A DNA stretch of 32,000 nucleotides from Candidatus Baldrarchaeum yapensis (GCA_016840465.1 JAEOSH010000005.1:1-32000), one strand, 5' to 3'; shown: positions 8,868-17,984, counted from the first letter of the stretch. Notes: generated by a model from the sequence alone, not told the origin. A program made the numbers and translations.

Positions 8868-10964
8868 ATGGGGCTGCGGCCAGCAGAAATGGAAATTGTG
8901 AAAATAATTTGTCATAAGGATTATGAGCGGTCGATACTCTGCGCACTTCATGAACTTGGATGTGTAGAATTCATAGATGTCGAGCGAAAAGGGACGACAC
9001 GGGCCACAACGAGAGAGGAGAGCGAAATTCTTTCATCATTAGGGATTGTTTCTAGAATTATCGATTATCTCGGCCTCGAGAGGTATGAACCCGCGATAGA
9101 GAGAATAGAAATAGATGATAGGAAGTTGGAGAATATACTAAGATTCACAAAAGAGTTGCTGAACGAGGTTTCACCCATTGTTGACAAGCTTAGAGAGGAG
9201 GAAGAAAAGCTCATCAGAGAGAAGAACGAATGGGAAACTATGAAAAAGATTGCCGAGCAACTTGCTCCATTAAGGGTAAGACTCGAACACCTAGGTGCGG
9301 GGAAGTATTTCTTCACTGTGGCAGGAGTTGTTAAAACTGCTAGGGTTCGAAGACTTGAGTGGAATATAAGAGAGGCTACTGATGGCGCTTATGTTTTCTT
9401 TGAACACCCAATAGGAAAGGAGGAAAGTGTCGTAATAATAGGATCATTATTGGAGTACTCGGATGTCATAAGGAGAGTACTCTTCGCATTCGACTTTGAT
9501 GAGTTCAAAATTCCGGTGAACATCCAAGGGTCGGCGGAGCAAATAGTTGAGGAAGCTAACAAGAGAATTTTGGAAATAGAGGGGGATCTTGAGAAAATCA
9601 ACGAAGAGAGGGCCAAAATTGCCGAAAAGTATAGAGTTAAGCTTCTTGCGTTGGAAGAGATATTAAAACTCGAGAGAGATAGAATAGAGATTAGGCAGAA
9701 ATTCAGGGAAACTGCCGATACTGTTGAAATGTGGGGATGGGTACCGAGGAAGTATAGGAAGACCGTAGAGGAGGCGGTAGAGAGGGCAAGTGATGGAACT
9801 GCATATATAAAGTTTGAAGAACCAGATTTTCCGCCTGAGGAGTTTCCCACATATCTTGAGAATCCAAATGTCGTGAAACCATGCGAGAGATTGGTAAAAG
9901 CATATGGAGTTCCAAGATACGAGGAAATAGATCCCTCGCGGATAATAGCAATAACATTCCCGATAATATTTGGAATAATGTTTGCCGATGTTGGACATGG
10001 TGCTATACTTACGTTATTGGGACTTGCAGGCATATTAATGAAACCAATACCAAAACCTAAGGGTATCGTGGACGAAATCATGGAATATATAAGGAAAGGA
10101 GGAGTACTACTCCTTACATGCGGAATTTCATCCGTTATTTGGGGGTTCATCTTTGGAACTTTCTTTGGCATTCCAGGGTTCTTTAAACCGATATGGTTCT
10201 CCCCAGAGGCCGAAATGACAGAATTCGGCGTAGGTGGAAGGTTCTTACTACTAGAACTTGCAATAGTTATCGGAGTACTACACATATCTTCTGGAATACT
10301 GATTGCAGTCATCCAGAAATTGAGGCATGGAGAGTACGGGGAGGCGCTTCTCGGAAGATTTCCATTGCTGATAATCTACTGGTCGGCATCAATACTCGTG
10401 TTTAGCCGAGGCATAGGATTGAACTTTATGCTTTGGTTCCAACCGATAAGTGGAGAGTTTGACATTGCATTAATACCATTCCTGAAGTTCGCTGTCCCAA
10501 ACGCTATGTACTTGAGCATCTTCGGGATCATCGTGCCGCTGTTGCTGGTGCTTACATACTACGGAAGGCACGGTATGGAAGGAGTATCGGAGGCAATAGA
10601 CTTTCTATTGAGTCTGTTGAGCCATACTGTAAGTTATGCTCGAATATTTGCGCTCAACCTCATACATGGAGTACTTTCACAAATTTGTGCAACGATGATT
10701 CCAGGATTCTGGATATACGTACATACCTATATTCCTGTGCATGGCCATTACGGAATTCAGGTGAGTATCGTAGGAATAATTGCAGGAACGCTAATAATAT
10801 TGATGTTAGAGGCACTAATAGCGTTCCTTCACACGCTCCGACTCCACTGGGTCGAGTGGTTCTCGAAATTCTACATCGGAGAAGGAAAGGAATTCTTGCC
10901 ATTCAAGTCTGAGCGTCTGTTCACAATTCCAACATACATTTCTGCACTACCAATTCGTAGATAA
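8868..10964 (+). CDS. atpI: A/V-type ATP synthase subunit I (a)
   Basis: FPIIFGIMFADVGHG, HTVSYARIFAL (essential Arg), LRLHWVEWFSKFY. Start moved to ATG 8868 (after GAGAGG) from ORF-track 8793. Confidence 0.97.
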   Translation: MGLRPAEMEIVKIICHKDYERSILCALHELGCVEFIDVERKGTTRATTREESEILSSLGIVSRIIDYLGLERYEPAIERIEIDDRKLENILRFTKELLNEVSPIVDKLREEEEKLIREKNEWETMKKIAEQLAPLRVRLEHLGAGKYFFTVAGVVKTARVRRLEWNIREATDGAYVFFEHPIGKEESVVIIGSLLEYSDVIRRVLFAFDFDEFKIPVNIQGSAEQIVEEANKRILEIEGDLEKINEERAKIAEKYRVKLLALEEILKLERDRIEIRQKFRETADTVEMWGWVPRKYRKTVEEAVERASDGTAYIKFEEPDFPPEEFPTYLENPNVVKPCERLVKAYGVPRYEEIDPSRIIAITFPIIFGIMFADVGHGAILTLLGLAGILMKPIPKPKGIVDEIMEYIRKGGVLLLTCGISSVIWGFIFGTFFGIPGFFKPIWFSPEAEMTEFGVGGRFLLLELAIVIGVLHISSGILIAVIQKLRHGEYGEALLGRFPLLIIYWSASILVFSRGIGLNFMLWFQPISGEFDIALIPFLKFAVPNAMYLSIFGIIVPLLLVLTYYGRHGMEGVSEAIDFLLSLLSHTVSYARIFALNLIHGVLSQICATMIPGFWIYVHTYIPVHGHYGIQVSIVGIIAGTLIILMLEALIAFLHTLRLHWVEWFSKFYIGEGKEFLPFKSERLFTIPTYISALPIRR

Positions 10965-11010
10965 CAATTAGGTATTTATTCCAAGGTAGGCAATAATGTA
11001 GGGAGCGCTG

Positions 11011-11268
11011 ATGAGTAGAGAAGATGCATGGGCAAATGCAGCTAAGTGGATGGGCTGGGGGCTGGGATTGCCGATTATGGTATTCGTGGGAGCATATATT
11101 GGGCATGTCATTGGGTCACAATACGGGAAGATGTACGAAGCAATAGGCATCATAGTGGGAGCATTATTAGGGTTTTTTGTCGGAGTTTATGACATCCTCA
11201 TGACGGCGAAAATCATAGAGAGAAAGAAGAAAGGAAGGACTCACCGGAGTAAAAGCAATACTCAGTAG
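11011..11268 (+). CDS. Small 2-TM protein, AtpZ/AtpI ('ATPase gene 1')-like
   Basis: 85 aa; two Gly-rich TM helices (GLGLPIMVFVGAYIG / IGIIVGALLGFFVGVY) and a basic tail; lies between subunits I and C. Confidence 0.7.
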   Translation: MSREDAWANAAKWMGWGLGLPIMVFVGAYIGHVIGSQYGKMYEAIGIIVGALLGFFVGVYDILMTAKIIERKKKGRTHRSKSNTQ

Positions 11269-11280
11269 GAGGTAAGGGTC

Positions 11281-12345
11281 ATGTTAAGGGAACCTTTCTC
11301 TTATTCTTTTATAAATGCCTGGATAAGAGCAATAATGTCGAGATTTGTGACGATAGGCGACTTTGAGAGAGCTATTTCAGCTACAACTTTTGAAGAGGCA
11401 TTCAGGCTAATAGCTGCCACTACATACGCGAATGTGCTTTCTGACATCTCACCTGAGAAAATACTGACGTTTGAGGAGGTTGATACGAGGCTAAGCAAGC
11501 ATTTCATAGACACATTTGTGAGAATACTGAGACTCGTTCCAAAGCGGGCAGAAGACTTCTTGATGACTTATTTCAAGAAATTCGAATTTTCTAATCTTAA
11601 GGTGGTGCTACGAGCGAAGCATGCGAGACTTTCCAGAGAAGAAACCATGAAGTACCTTCTTCCGACATCGGAGGTAGAGTTTCACCTATTGGAAACCTAC
11701 ATGGACACCGCTGATATCGAATCTCTTATAGAACATATTCCTTATAGGGCTGTAAGAAAAGCACTCCAAGATGCATTACCGAGTTATAAGGAACTTGGAA
11801 ATACGGTGCCCCTTGAGGTCGCATTGGATAAATTGTTCTTCTCAATGATATGGGATAAGATCGATAAGCTTTCAGGAATTGACAGAAAGGAAGCCATGAG
11901 GCATATAGGGCTGGAGGCAGATCTTCAAAACATAATGACCATTTTGCGGTGTAAAGCCCTAAACATAGATCAGAACGTATTAAGACAATTTATCTTGCCA
12001 TCTCGATATCATTTTGGAGAGCAAATACAGAGGAGATGCATATTAGCAACGACTATAGAGGATGTGCTCTATGTGTTACTTAACACGTACTATAAAGATC
12101 TGATTTCTCGAGTTAAGGATACTTACGAAAAATACAAAAACATAACCAATGCGGAACGGCTTATAGAACAATACAAGGCACACGAGTATCATAGGACGTT
12201 CATAGGATACCCATTCCACATTGGAACAATCCTATCGTTCTTTAATTTGAAATTTTATGAAACAAGAAACGTACGTATAACCTTACTAGGAAAATTTGAG
12301 GGGGTTGCTCCTGAAAGGTTACGAAATCTTTTAATAATATTTTGA
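11281..12345 (+). CDS. atpC: A/V-type ATP synthase subunit C (homolog of eukaryotic V0 d)
   Basis: YSFINAWIRAIMSR, FEFSNLKVVLR, ADLQNIMTILR, YETRNVR motifs; RBS GGAGGT. Confidence 0.92.
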   Translation: MLREPFSYSFINAWIRAIMSRFVTIGDFERAISATTFEEAFRLIAATTYANVLSDISPEKILTFEEVDTRLSKHFIDTFVRILRLVPKRAEDFLMTYFKKFEFSNLKVVLRAKHARLSREETMKYLLPTSEVEFHLLETYMDTADIESLIEHIPYRAVRKALQDALPSYKELGNTVPLEVALDKLFFSMIWDKIDKLSGIDRKEAMRHIGLEADLQNIMTILRCKALNIDQNVLRQFILPSRYHFGEQIQRRCILATTIEDVLYVLLNTYYKDLISRVKDTYEKYKNITNAERLIEQYKAHEYHRTFIGYPFHIGTILSFFNLKFYETRNVRITLLGKFEGVAPERLRNLLIIF

Positions 12346-12373
12346 GGAGAAATGACAAAGGAGGGATGGCGAA

Positions 12374-12766
12374 ATGGACGCCCGGAAAAAATTCATTCTT
12401 ACACAAATGTTCTTCGTTGCAAGTGTGGTACTCATAATACTTTTCATGGTGCTGGTGCCTGTCGCAACCGCGAATTCAGGTTCTACGCAGGCCGTCAAAA
12501 CAGCCGAGGAACAAACCACTACTGTGGAGATGAAAATTGATGTGGGACTTTTAGCACTTGGTGCGGGTATCGCCGTTGGGCTAGCGGGTTTGGGCGCAGG
12601 CCTTGGAATGGGAGCCGCGGGATCTGCAGCAATGGGGGCTATCGCAGAGAGACCTGAGATTTTCGGTAGGACAATGATCTACATAGTGTTCATAGAAGCT
12701 ATTGCAATATACGGCCTTGTGATTGGATTCTTACTGTGCTTCGCAATTACGGGATTAATCCCTTAA
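12374..12766 (+). CDS. atpK: A/V-type ATP synthase subunit K (c), single hairpin with N-terminal signal-like extension
   Basis: [12 protein letters not shown]...AERPEIFGR...FIEAIAIYG with carrier Glu; hydrophobic leader ending VATA. Confidence 0.95.
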   Translation: MDARKKFILTQMFFVASVVLIILFMVLVPVATANSGSTQAVKTAEEQTTTVEMKIDVGLLALGAGIAVGLAGLGAGLGMGAAGSAAMGAIAERPEIFGRTMIYIVFIEAIAIYGLVIGFLLCFAITGLIP

Positions 12767-12822
12767 TTGTCAGAAGCGACATCCCATTTTCTTCATTTTT
12801 CTTCTTAGCAGGGATGGTAGTA

Positions 12823-13902
12823 ATGAGGGAAGAAGTAACTTTTTTAATAGAATTTCTCAAAGCTTATAGTCCAACGGGAAATGTAGAAAAGGCTGTTAAA
12901 GTTTTTTGCAATGAGGCCTTAAAATTAGGATTCGTACCAGAAATGGATTCTCTTGGCAATGTCATATGTGAAATAGGACAGGGGAACAGTGTTATTCTCC
13001 TATGTGGGCATATAGACACCGTGGAAAAGGAAATTCCTGTGACTGTGAGGGGTAATATTATCTCTGGACGTGGAGCTGTTGATGCGAAATCTTCTCTCGC
13101 GGCAATGTTGTATGCTATGAGAAAGGTGAGACCGCTAGTTGAGAAAAATAAGAGTTTTAAAGTTGTACTTGCCGGAGTGATAGACGAGGAAGGGTCTTCT
13201 GAGGGTGTGAGAGAGATCATCAAGAGATTTCGAAGCATTGATGTTGCGGTTGTTGGAGAGCCTACAAGAACCTATGGAATTGCAATCTCATATCGAGGGA
13301 GGATTTTCTTTAGAGTTCACGCACATGGTACACGAGCGCACATCAGTGCGTATAGGAAGTTCGGAAACCCCATTGAACGTATTATGGAGTTTTGGAGTAA
13401 TTTAAGCAAGTATTTGAGGAACAAATATCGCGGAGAGATCATTGGAGGGCCTGTAAAGATAGAGGGGGGATGCTTTGATAACGTTTTGCCCGAGAGTTGC
13501 GATATGGCAGTAGATTTAAGGATCCCGCCAGCATTGGACGTTCACGAGTTGTTAGACAATATTCGCAATCTTGCAAGTACTACTAATGTACTAATAGAGA
13601 ATCTTTCATTTGTGCCTCCCTTTGAAACTTCACCGGATAACCCTATCGTGGCAAGTTTCTTGAATGCTATTAGGAGGATACTTAAAAGAGATCCTGTTAT
13701 TTTGAGAAAAAGTGGTACTTGCGATGCCAATATCATCGCTTCACAGTTAAAAATCCCCGTGGTTGTATACGGGCCGGGCAATCCGCGGCTAAGCCATACG
13801 GATATTGAGAGAATTTCGATAGAAGAGTACCTCTTATCAATTGAGGTGCTGAGCGCCGCAATATCCGAGTATATTGAGAAAAACGCGCGGAAAAGCACAT
13901 AA
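12823..13902 (+). CDS. lysK: M20 metallohydrolase, LysK/ArgE-like ([LysW]-lysine/ornithine hydrolase-like)
   Basis: LCGHIDTV, GRGAVDAK, DEEGSSEG, VGEPT, HTDIE metal ligands; YSPTG start. Start 12823 or 12814 rather than 12736. Substrate not certain. Confidence 0.75.
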   Translation: MREEVTFLIEFLKAYSPTGNVEKAVKVFCNEALKLGFVPEMDSLGNVICEIGQGNSVILLCGHIDTVEKEIPVTVRGNIISGRGAVDAKSSLAAMLYAMRKVRPLVEKNKSFKVVLAGVIDEEGSSEGVREIIKRFRSIDVAVVGEPTRTYGIAISYRGRIFFRVHAHGTRAHISAYRKFGNPIERIMEFWSNLSKYLRNKYRGEIIGGPVKIEGGCFDNVLPESCDMAVDLRIPPALDVHELLDNIRNLASTTNVLIENLSFVPPFETSPDNPIVASFLNAIRRILKRDPVILRKSGTCDANIIASQLKIPVVVYGPGNPRLSHTDIERISIEEYLLSIEVLSAAISEYIEKNARKST

Positions 13903-13914
13903 ATCAAAAATAAT

Positions 13915-13999
13915 GGGGAAGGGGAGCGCACACGGGGAGCCGCCCGTATCACATCCTCTGGGCCGCCACTCCTTCATTGTTCGGACGGGCCTTTACGGC
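13915..13999 (-). ncRNA. Candidate ~85-nt structured RNA with C/D-like tandem GA motifs
   Basis: ~67% GC island (hand count) in AT-rich intergenic DNA; GCCCGT/ACGGGC stem; TATA/BRE upstream and T-rich tract downstream on the minus strand. Confidence 0.5.
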
Positions 14000-14020
14000 A
14001 AAATATTTTCCCTCTCGCGT

Positions 14021-14040
14021 CTTTTAAAAATTTCTCTCCT
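14021..14040 (-). promoter_or_regulatory. BRE/TATA promoter for the candidate ncRNA
   Basis: Minus strand AGGAGAGAAA-TTTTTAAAAG; spacing predicts a start near G13999. Confidence 0.5.
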
Positions 14041-14785
14041 AACAGATAACATTCAAAATTTCCCTTAAAGTTCTCATCAGTTAATTTTAGTATTTTTTTA
14101 TCGGTAGATTTTCTGAATGAACGAGACGCTTTTCACGTGGAGTGTTCATCTACCGTCACAAAAGATACCCAGAGTTTTTTGGTATTTGCTCGATATGATC
14201 ATCATTTTTGGTTTTCTAGGATCTTGAATGCGAGAGTATAACTTGTGGTTTTCAAAGGGGATTTATGTTAATCCATGACATCTGATGTTTATTTAGCCCG
14301 CGTTCGAGGAGTTTTTCGGGCGTCTAGAAATTCGTCTTTATTGTCCTTTTAATTTTTATCGTATATTAGGTTCGATATTTAACAAGTAGTGAGTACTTGG
14401 AAAATCTCACTTTTGAATTGTTCATATTCGTGATTCCTCTTTTTTGATTCGCAAATGTATTCTCTGATGATTATTAGGGAGAGAACTTTCATAATTGTGC
14501 ACATCAGAATCATGTTTTTCTTAAATATAATAAGAGTCGTGAAAGTGGCGCAAATTTTGCTTTTTAGTACCATTAATGCCTCATAAGTGGTCAAAAACGT
14601 ATGAGTGATTCAATCTACCATTATTATGCTACCCGAGCAATTTGCAACATCAGATAATTGTAGTATCGATTTCTGAGATAGGAACTTAGGGGGTTTACTA
14701 AGTTCATTGATACGTATGGTTAGCTTTAAAAAGTATTGCCTAACATCCCTATTCTTAGAGAATAAGCAATTGGGGGTTCTAGAAT

Positions 14786-14959
14786 ATGGCAAAGGTGAAG
14801 GAGAAGATTCTAGAACTCCTCAAAGAGGGCCCTAAGACCGCCGAGGAGATAATCTCCTCGATCAGCGGCACAAAGCCAGGTGTCATCAAGGGACTACTTA
14901 CAAAGATGGCTAAGAAGGGAGAGATAAAGAAGGTCGACGATAAGTACTCCCTTCCATAG
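14786..14959 (+). CDS. 57-aa basic winged-helix protein (missed by ORF track)
   Basis: MAKVKEKILELLKEGPKTAEEIISSISGTKPGVIKGLLTKMAKKGEIKKVDDKYSLP; clear wHTH pattern; upstream TTTAAAAA near 14725. Confidence 0.85.
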   Translation: MAKVKEKILELLKEGPKTAEEIISSISGTKPGVIKGLLTKMAKKGEIKKVDDKYSLP

Positions 14960-15007
14960 CGGCGCCGATACTATAGAGCCTCCAACACGCTCTCAAAAAT
15001 TTATTTT

Positions 15008-15898
15008 TTATTCCTCTATTTCTTCGACTTCCTCGATTTCGTAAAATTTCATTATCTGGAGCTCACTGTCCTTGAAGTAACCCTTTAATATGACTCGCTT
15101 TCCGGCAAGCCCTTCCTGTGGAGGATCGCCGAAGAACACCGCAGGGTACGTACCACTGTCGTCCGCAACAAAATAGTGATACACCTTGCGCATTTCCGGC
15201 TGATCTATTGGTCCATGGACCGAACATAGCCACTCAGAATCCGTCATATCCAGACTCCTCTTACAGTAAGGGCATGAAGGATACTCCATTATTTCCTCTT
15301 CAAGTATCAGAACGGATACTATAAATGCTCCACGTGCTTGTGTCATGCTTTTGAGGTTTTCGGCCCATGCTGGTTTCAATTGCAGTATTGGTGGCAACTC
15401 TTCCTCATCTAACTCCGTAATTTTTGACCTTTCTGTGACCCTTAATAGAGTTCTCCCCCTCACACTAGTTAGTGTGTAATTTTCGATAAGCACGGGCTTC
15501 TCCTCAAGTTGTCTTACTTTTTCTACGTTTTCCGCACCGAAGACTACACACCAGAGCCTTTCGTCCTCATTTACTAAGACGAAAATGCAGTAAGGGGTCT
15601 CTTCACCTCTGCTTCTCGTTATTCTTACGGGCCCCACCTCTAGGATTCTTCCCTTCTTCGGCTCTACGAGTATCGATGATACGTCTGCTCCGAGTTCTTT
15701 CGCCACAACTATTGCCAGTGCTCTTATATTTGCTTTCCAGTTCAATCTCCTCGCAAGCCTCGTAACTCTATCGAAGAATTCCTCTTTGGATATCGGAATC
15801 TGATCCTTGATTTTCTCCCATATTTCCTCGAGAATCAAAGACCGTGACAATACTTTAGCACCTCTTCTGAATGTTCCCTCAAGCATTTTGAGCCACAT
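15008..15898 (-). CDS. Replication protein A-like ssDNA-binding protein (helical N-terminus, OB folds, Zn finger)
   Basis: N-terminal IVVAKELGAD; OB strands; CPYC...CSVH inside second OB; ADDSG motif; acidic tail. Confidence 0.8.
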   Translation of the reverse strand: MWLKMLEGTFRRGAKVLSRSLILEEIWEKIKDQIPISKEEFFDRVTRLARRLNWKANIRALAIVVAKELGADVSSILVEPKKGRILEVGPVRITRSRGEETPYCIFVLVNEDERLWCVVFGAENVEKVRQLEEKPVLIENYTLTSVRGRTLLRVTERSKITELDEEELPPILQLKPAWAENLKSMTQARGAFIVSVLILEEEIMEYPSCPYCKRSLDMTDSEWLCSVHGPIDQPEMRKVYHYFVADDSGTYPAVFFGDPPQEGLAGKRVILKGYFKDSELQIMKFYEIEEVEEIEE

Positions 15899-16028
15899 GA
15901 CGTCTTTTTAGTAATTAATTTCCAAAGATTCTAATAAAGCTTGCTGGATTCCCCGTCCACATGTAACGATACTCATGCTAGCTTTCATTAATACGTGATT
16001 TTGCGGTAGGCTAAGAACTTCTCCTTCC

Positions 16029-16859
16029 TTAAGAATTAGAATGCTGATTTGTAGAGATGGGCAGTACCCTAGGGTAAAAGATGCACGAGAGGATTAAAGC
16101 AATAAAGCCTAAAAGGCCCTCCTCTGGTCCGAAGGTCCGTCCCACGAACCACCATGGAAGATCGCCTTTGACGATAAAAATACTACAAAGAGATATCCCG
16201 CTGATTGGGAAGCCAAATACACAACCCTCGGAAGCGTTCCATCCAATATGAAACCCTATTGCCGAGAGCAGAGTTCCTGTCTTCAACCTAAGTGTTGCAA
16301 GAAAAATGCCTGCCATTAATAGGAAGAAAAACGCAGTAACTGAAAAACCGGGATTGTTTATGTGCAGAAGCGCGAAAGCTACACTTGATGCGATTATTGC
16401 GAGTGTTTTCCCCATTTTCATTACATTTTTGAGGAAGTATCCTCTTATTACGAGTTCTTCGCCGATGCTTCCGAGAAGAACTGCCAAAAATGAGCAAAAA
16501 ATGTTGCAATCGACTGATAACAGGAGATGAATACTTACGTTAAAAAGTAATATAAATACGGAAATTGTTGCTGAAAAAGAAATGAATGCAAGCAATATTC
16601 CCCTTATGAGGGCACTAACTACTACTCGTTTATTGATTTGCCCCAATACAACGGCCATATTTTCTCCGTCTAATAGCTTATTGAAAAGTACCACAAGTAA
16701 GATCGCGCTAAGAAGCGATGCCATGTTCATGAACAGCAAGGTTCTAATATTTGCAATTACAACCATGACGAAAGTAAGCAGTATCCACAACATGAGAACA
16801 AGCAACGCCTTCACTAGTGAGGCAAACTCGGCTCTCGAAGGTACCTCATTAAATATCAT
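16029..16859 (-). CDS. CPBP/Abi (CAAX-type) intramembrane metalloprotease
   Basis: EELVIRG, FALLH, IGFHIGWN motifs. Confidence 0.92.
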   Translation of the reverse strand: MIFNEVPSRAEFASLVKALLVLMLWILLTFVMVVIANIRTLLFMNMASLLSAILLVVLFNKLLDGENMAVVLGQINKRVVVSALIRGILLAFISFSATISVFILLFNVSIHLLLSVDCNIFCSFLAVLLGSIGEELVIRGYFLKNVMKMGKTLAIIASSVAFALLHINNPGFSVTAFFFLLMAGIFLATLRLKTGTLLSAIGFHIGWNASEGCVFGFPISGISLCSIFIVKGDLPWWFVGRTFGPEEGLLGFIALILSCIFYPRVLPISTNQHSNS

Positions 16860-17460
16860 TACATGAAATCTCCTTCTTTAGTTCTTCTAAATACTTTAGC
16901 AGGAAATTGTGCCTTTTTTCTGCAATCATTTTGGCCGTCTGCGTATACATTATATCCTTTAATTTCAGTAGTTTCTCGTAGAAGTGTCTTATGGAATCTG
17001 AGAGAGTTCTCCCCAAGTAACCCCCGTACATGAAAGTTCTCGCCACACCTATTGCTCCCAATGCGTCCAGTTTATCCGCATCAGAAAGTATCTTTGCCTC
17101 TAGGGTTTTCGGTTCCTCCTTCCTCCTATATCTATGTGCTCTTATCGCATGAACTACTTGCTCTATTTTCTCATTAGGTACTCCCAATTCCATGAGAACT
17201 TGACGTGCAATTCTCACAGAAGCTTCTTCATGAGGTGTTCCATGTTCTAGTTCTTCTTTAATTCCAACATCATGTAAGAGCGCTGCCAGTTCCAATACAA
17301 ATATGTCTCCGCCTTCTCTTTCTGATATTTTCCTACATAGTTCTCTTACTCGTTCAACATGCTCAAAATCGTGTCCCGCTACGCCATCCCTTAGTATTTC
17401 CCGCACAAATTCTTCTACCTTCTCTAGAATCGTTTTCTCGCTATCTTCAGAAGGTGACAT
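16849..17460 (-). CDS. HD-domain phosphohydrolase
   Basis: GHDFEHVERV, ALLHDV, AHRY, LSDADKLDALGAIG. Start probably ATG 17460. Confidence 0.93.
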   Translation of the reverse strand: MSPSEDSEKTILEKVEEFVREILRDGVAGHDFEHVERVRELCRKISEREGGDIFVLELAALLHDVGIKEELEHGTPHEEASVRIARQVLMELGVPNEKIEQVVHAIRAHRYRRKEEPKTLEAKILSDADKLDALGAIGVARTFMYGGYLGRTLSDSIRHFYEKLLKLKDIMYTQTAKMIAEKRHNFLLKYLEELKKEISCNDI

Positions 17461-17540
17461 AGGAATCCCCTCTCGTACTGAGGGGAATTGCATGTAGATG
17501 CTCTGTGAATAGTTTACTCACAAGAGCTCTTACGCTTTTC

Positions 17541-17984
17541 TCACTTTAATCTTCGAAGAGCTACACAACAATCTACAGCGAGCACACCACGTATCTCCAT
17601 TATCTTATCGATGACCTCACGTAAGTGATCCAGATCCCGCGCTTCAACTATACAGATAATCCCACACTTTCCTGTGGCTTCCCAAGCGCGCACAACCTCT
17701 TCCATTTCTCTTATTGCATTTGTTATTGCATTTATTTGCCTGATACTCGGTGATATAGTAACTATTGCTGTCACCGAACGACCCATTTTCTTAGGATTCA
17801 AAACTATTGTGAATCTCTCTATTATTTCATCTCTAATCAGCCTTTCGATTCTCTTACGTACCGCGGAGGGGGATAGACCAAGCTTTTCTCCTATCTCCGT
17901 ATAACTCATCCGTGCGTTCTGTGAAAGTAGCGATAGAATTTTCTTGTCCACCTCATCAAGGTACTTTACCAATTCTATCACCAT
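17541..17984 (-). CDS. Lrp/AsnC transcriptional regulator
   Basis: LDEVDKKILSLLSQNARMSYTEIGEKLGLSPSAVRKRIERL HTH plus RAM domain. Confidence 0.96.
   Translation of the reverse strand: MVIELVKYLDEVDKKILSLLSQNARMSYTEIGEKLGLSPSAVRKRIERLIRDEIIERFTIVLNPKKMGRSVTAIVTISPSIRQINAITNAIREMEEVVRAWEATGKCGIICIVEARDLDHLREVIDKIMEIRGVLAVDCCVALRRLK

Noticed and set aside
13942-13990. AUGA...GA hairpin as a eukaryote-like (Asgard-type) SECIS
   Set aside because: Helix above the GA quartet is only 2 bp (about 11-12 expected), there is no apical AA, and no in-frame UGA selenoprotein gene lies upstream on that strand.
13915-13999. Same RNA as Y RNA (GGCCCGUCCGA start) or lysine riboswitch (GAAGGGGAGCG next to lysK)
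   Set aside because: The 3' UUGAC strand of the Ro site is missing. The riboswitch-like match is a short fragment, 3' of the gene, without the other conserved elements.
14102-14160. Hairpin CGGTAGA..TGAAC/GTTCA.TCTACCG followed by ACA as an H/ACA RNA
   Set aside because: The bulge is one-sided (9 against 0 nt), so there is no pseudouridylation pocket, and the GA motif has the wrong K-turn geometry.
14068-14720. Hidden gene or pseudogene in the long AT-rich gap (ORFs 14379-14594, 14610-14792)
   Set aside because: Partial hand translation (minus strand, ~14380-14640) gave no recognisable motifs and the ORFs have no RBS; the rest was not fully translated.
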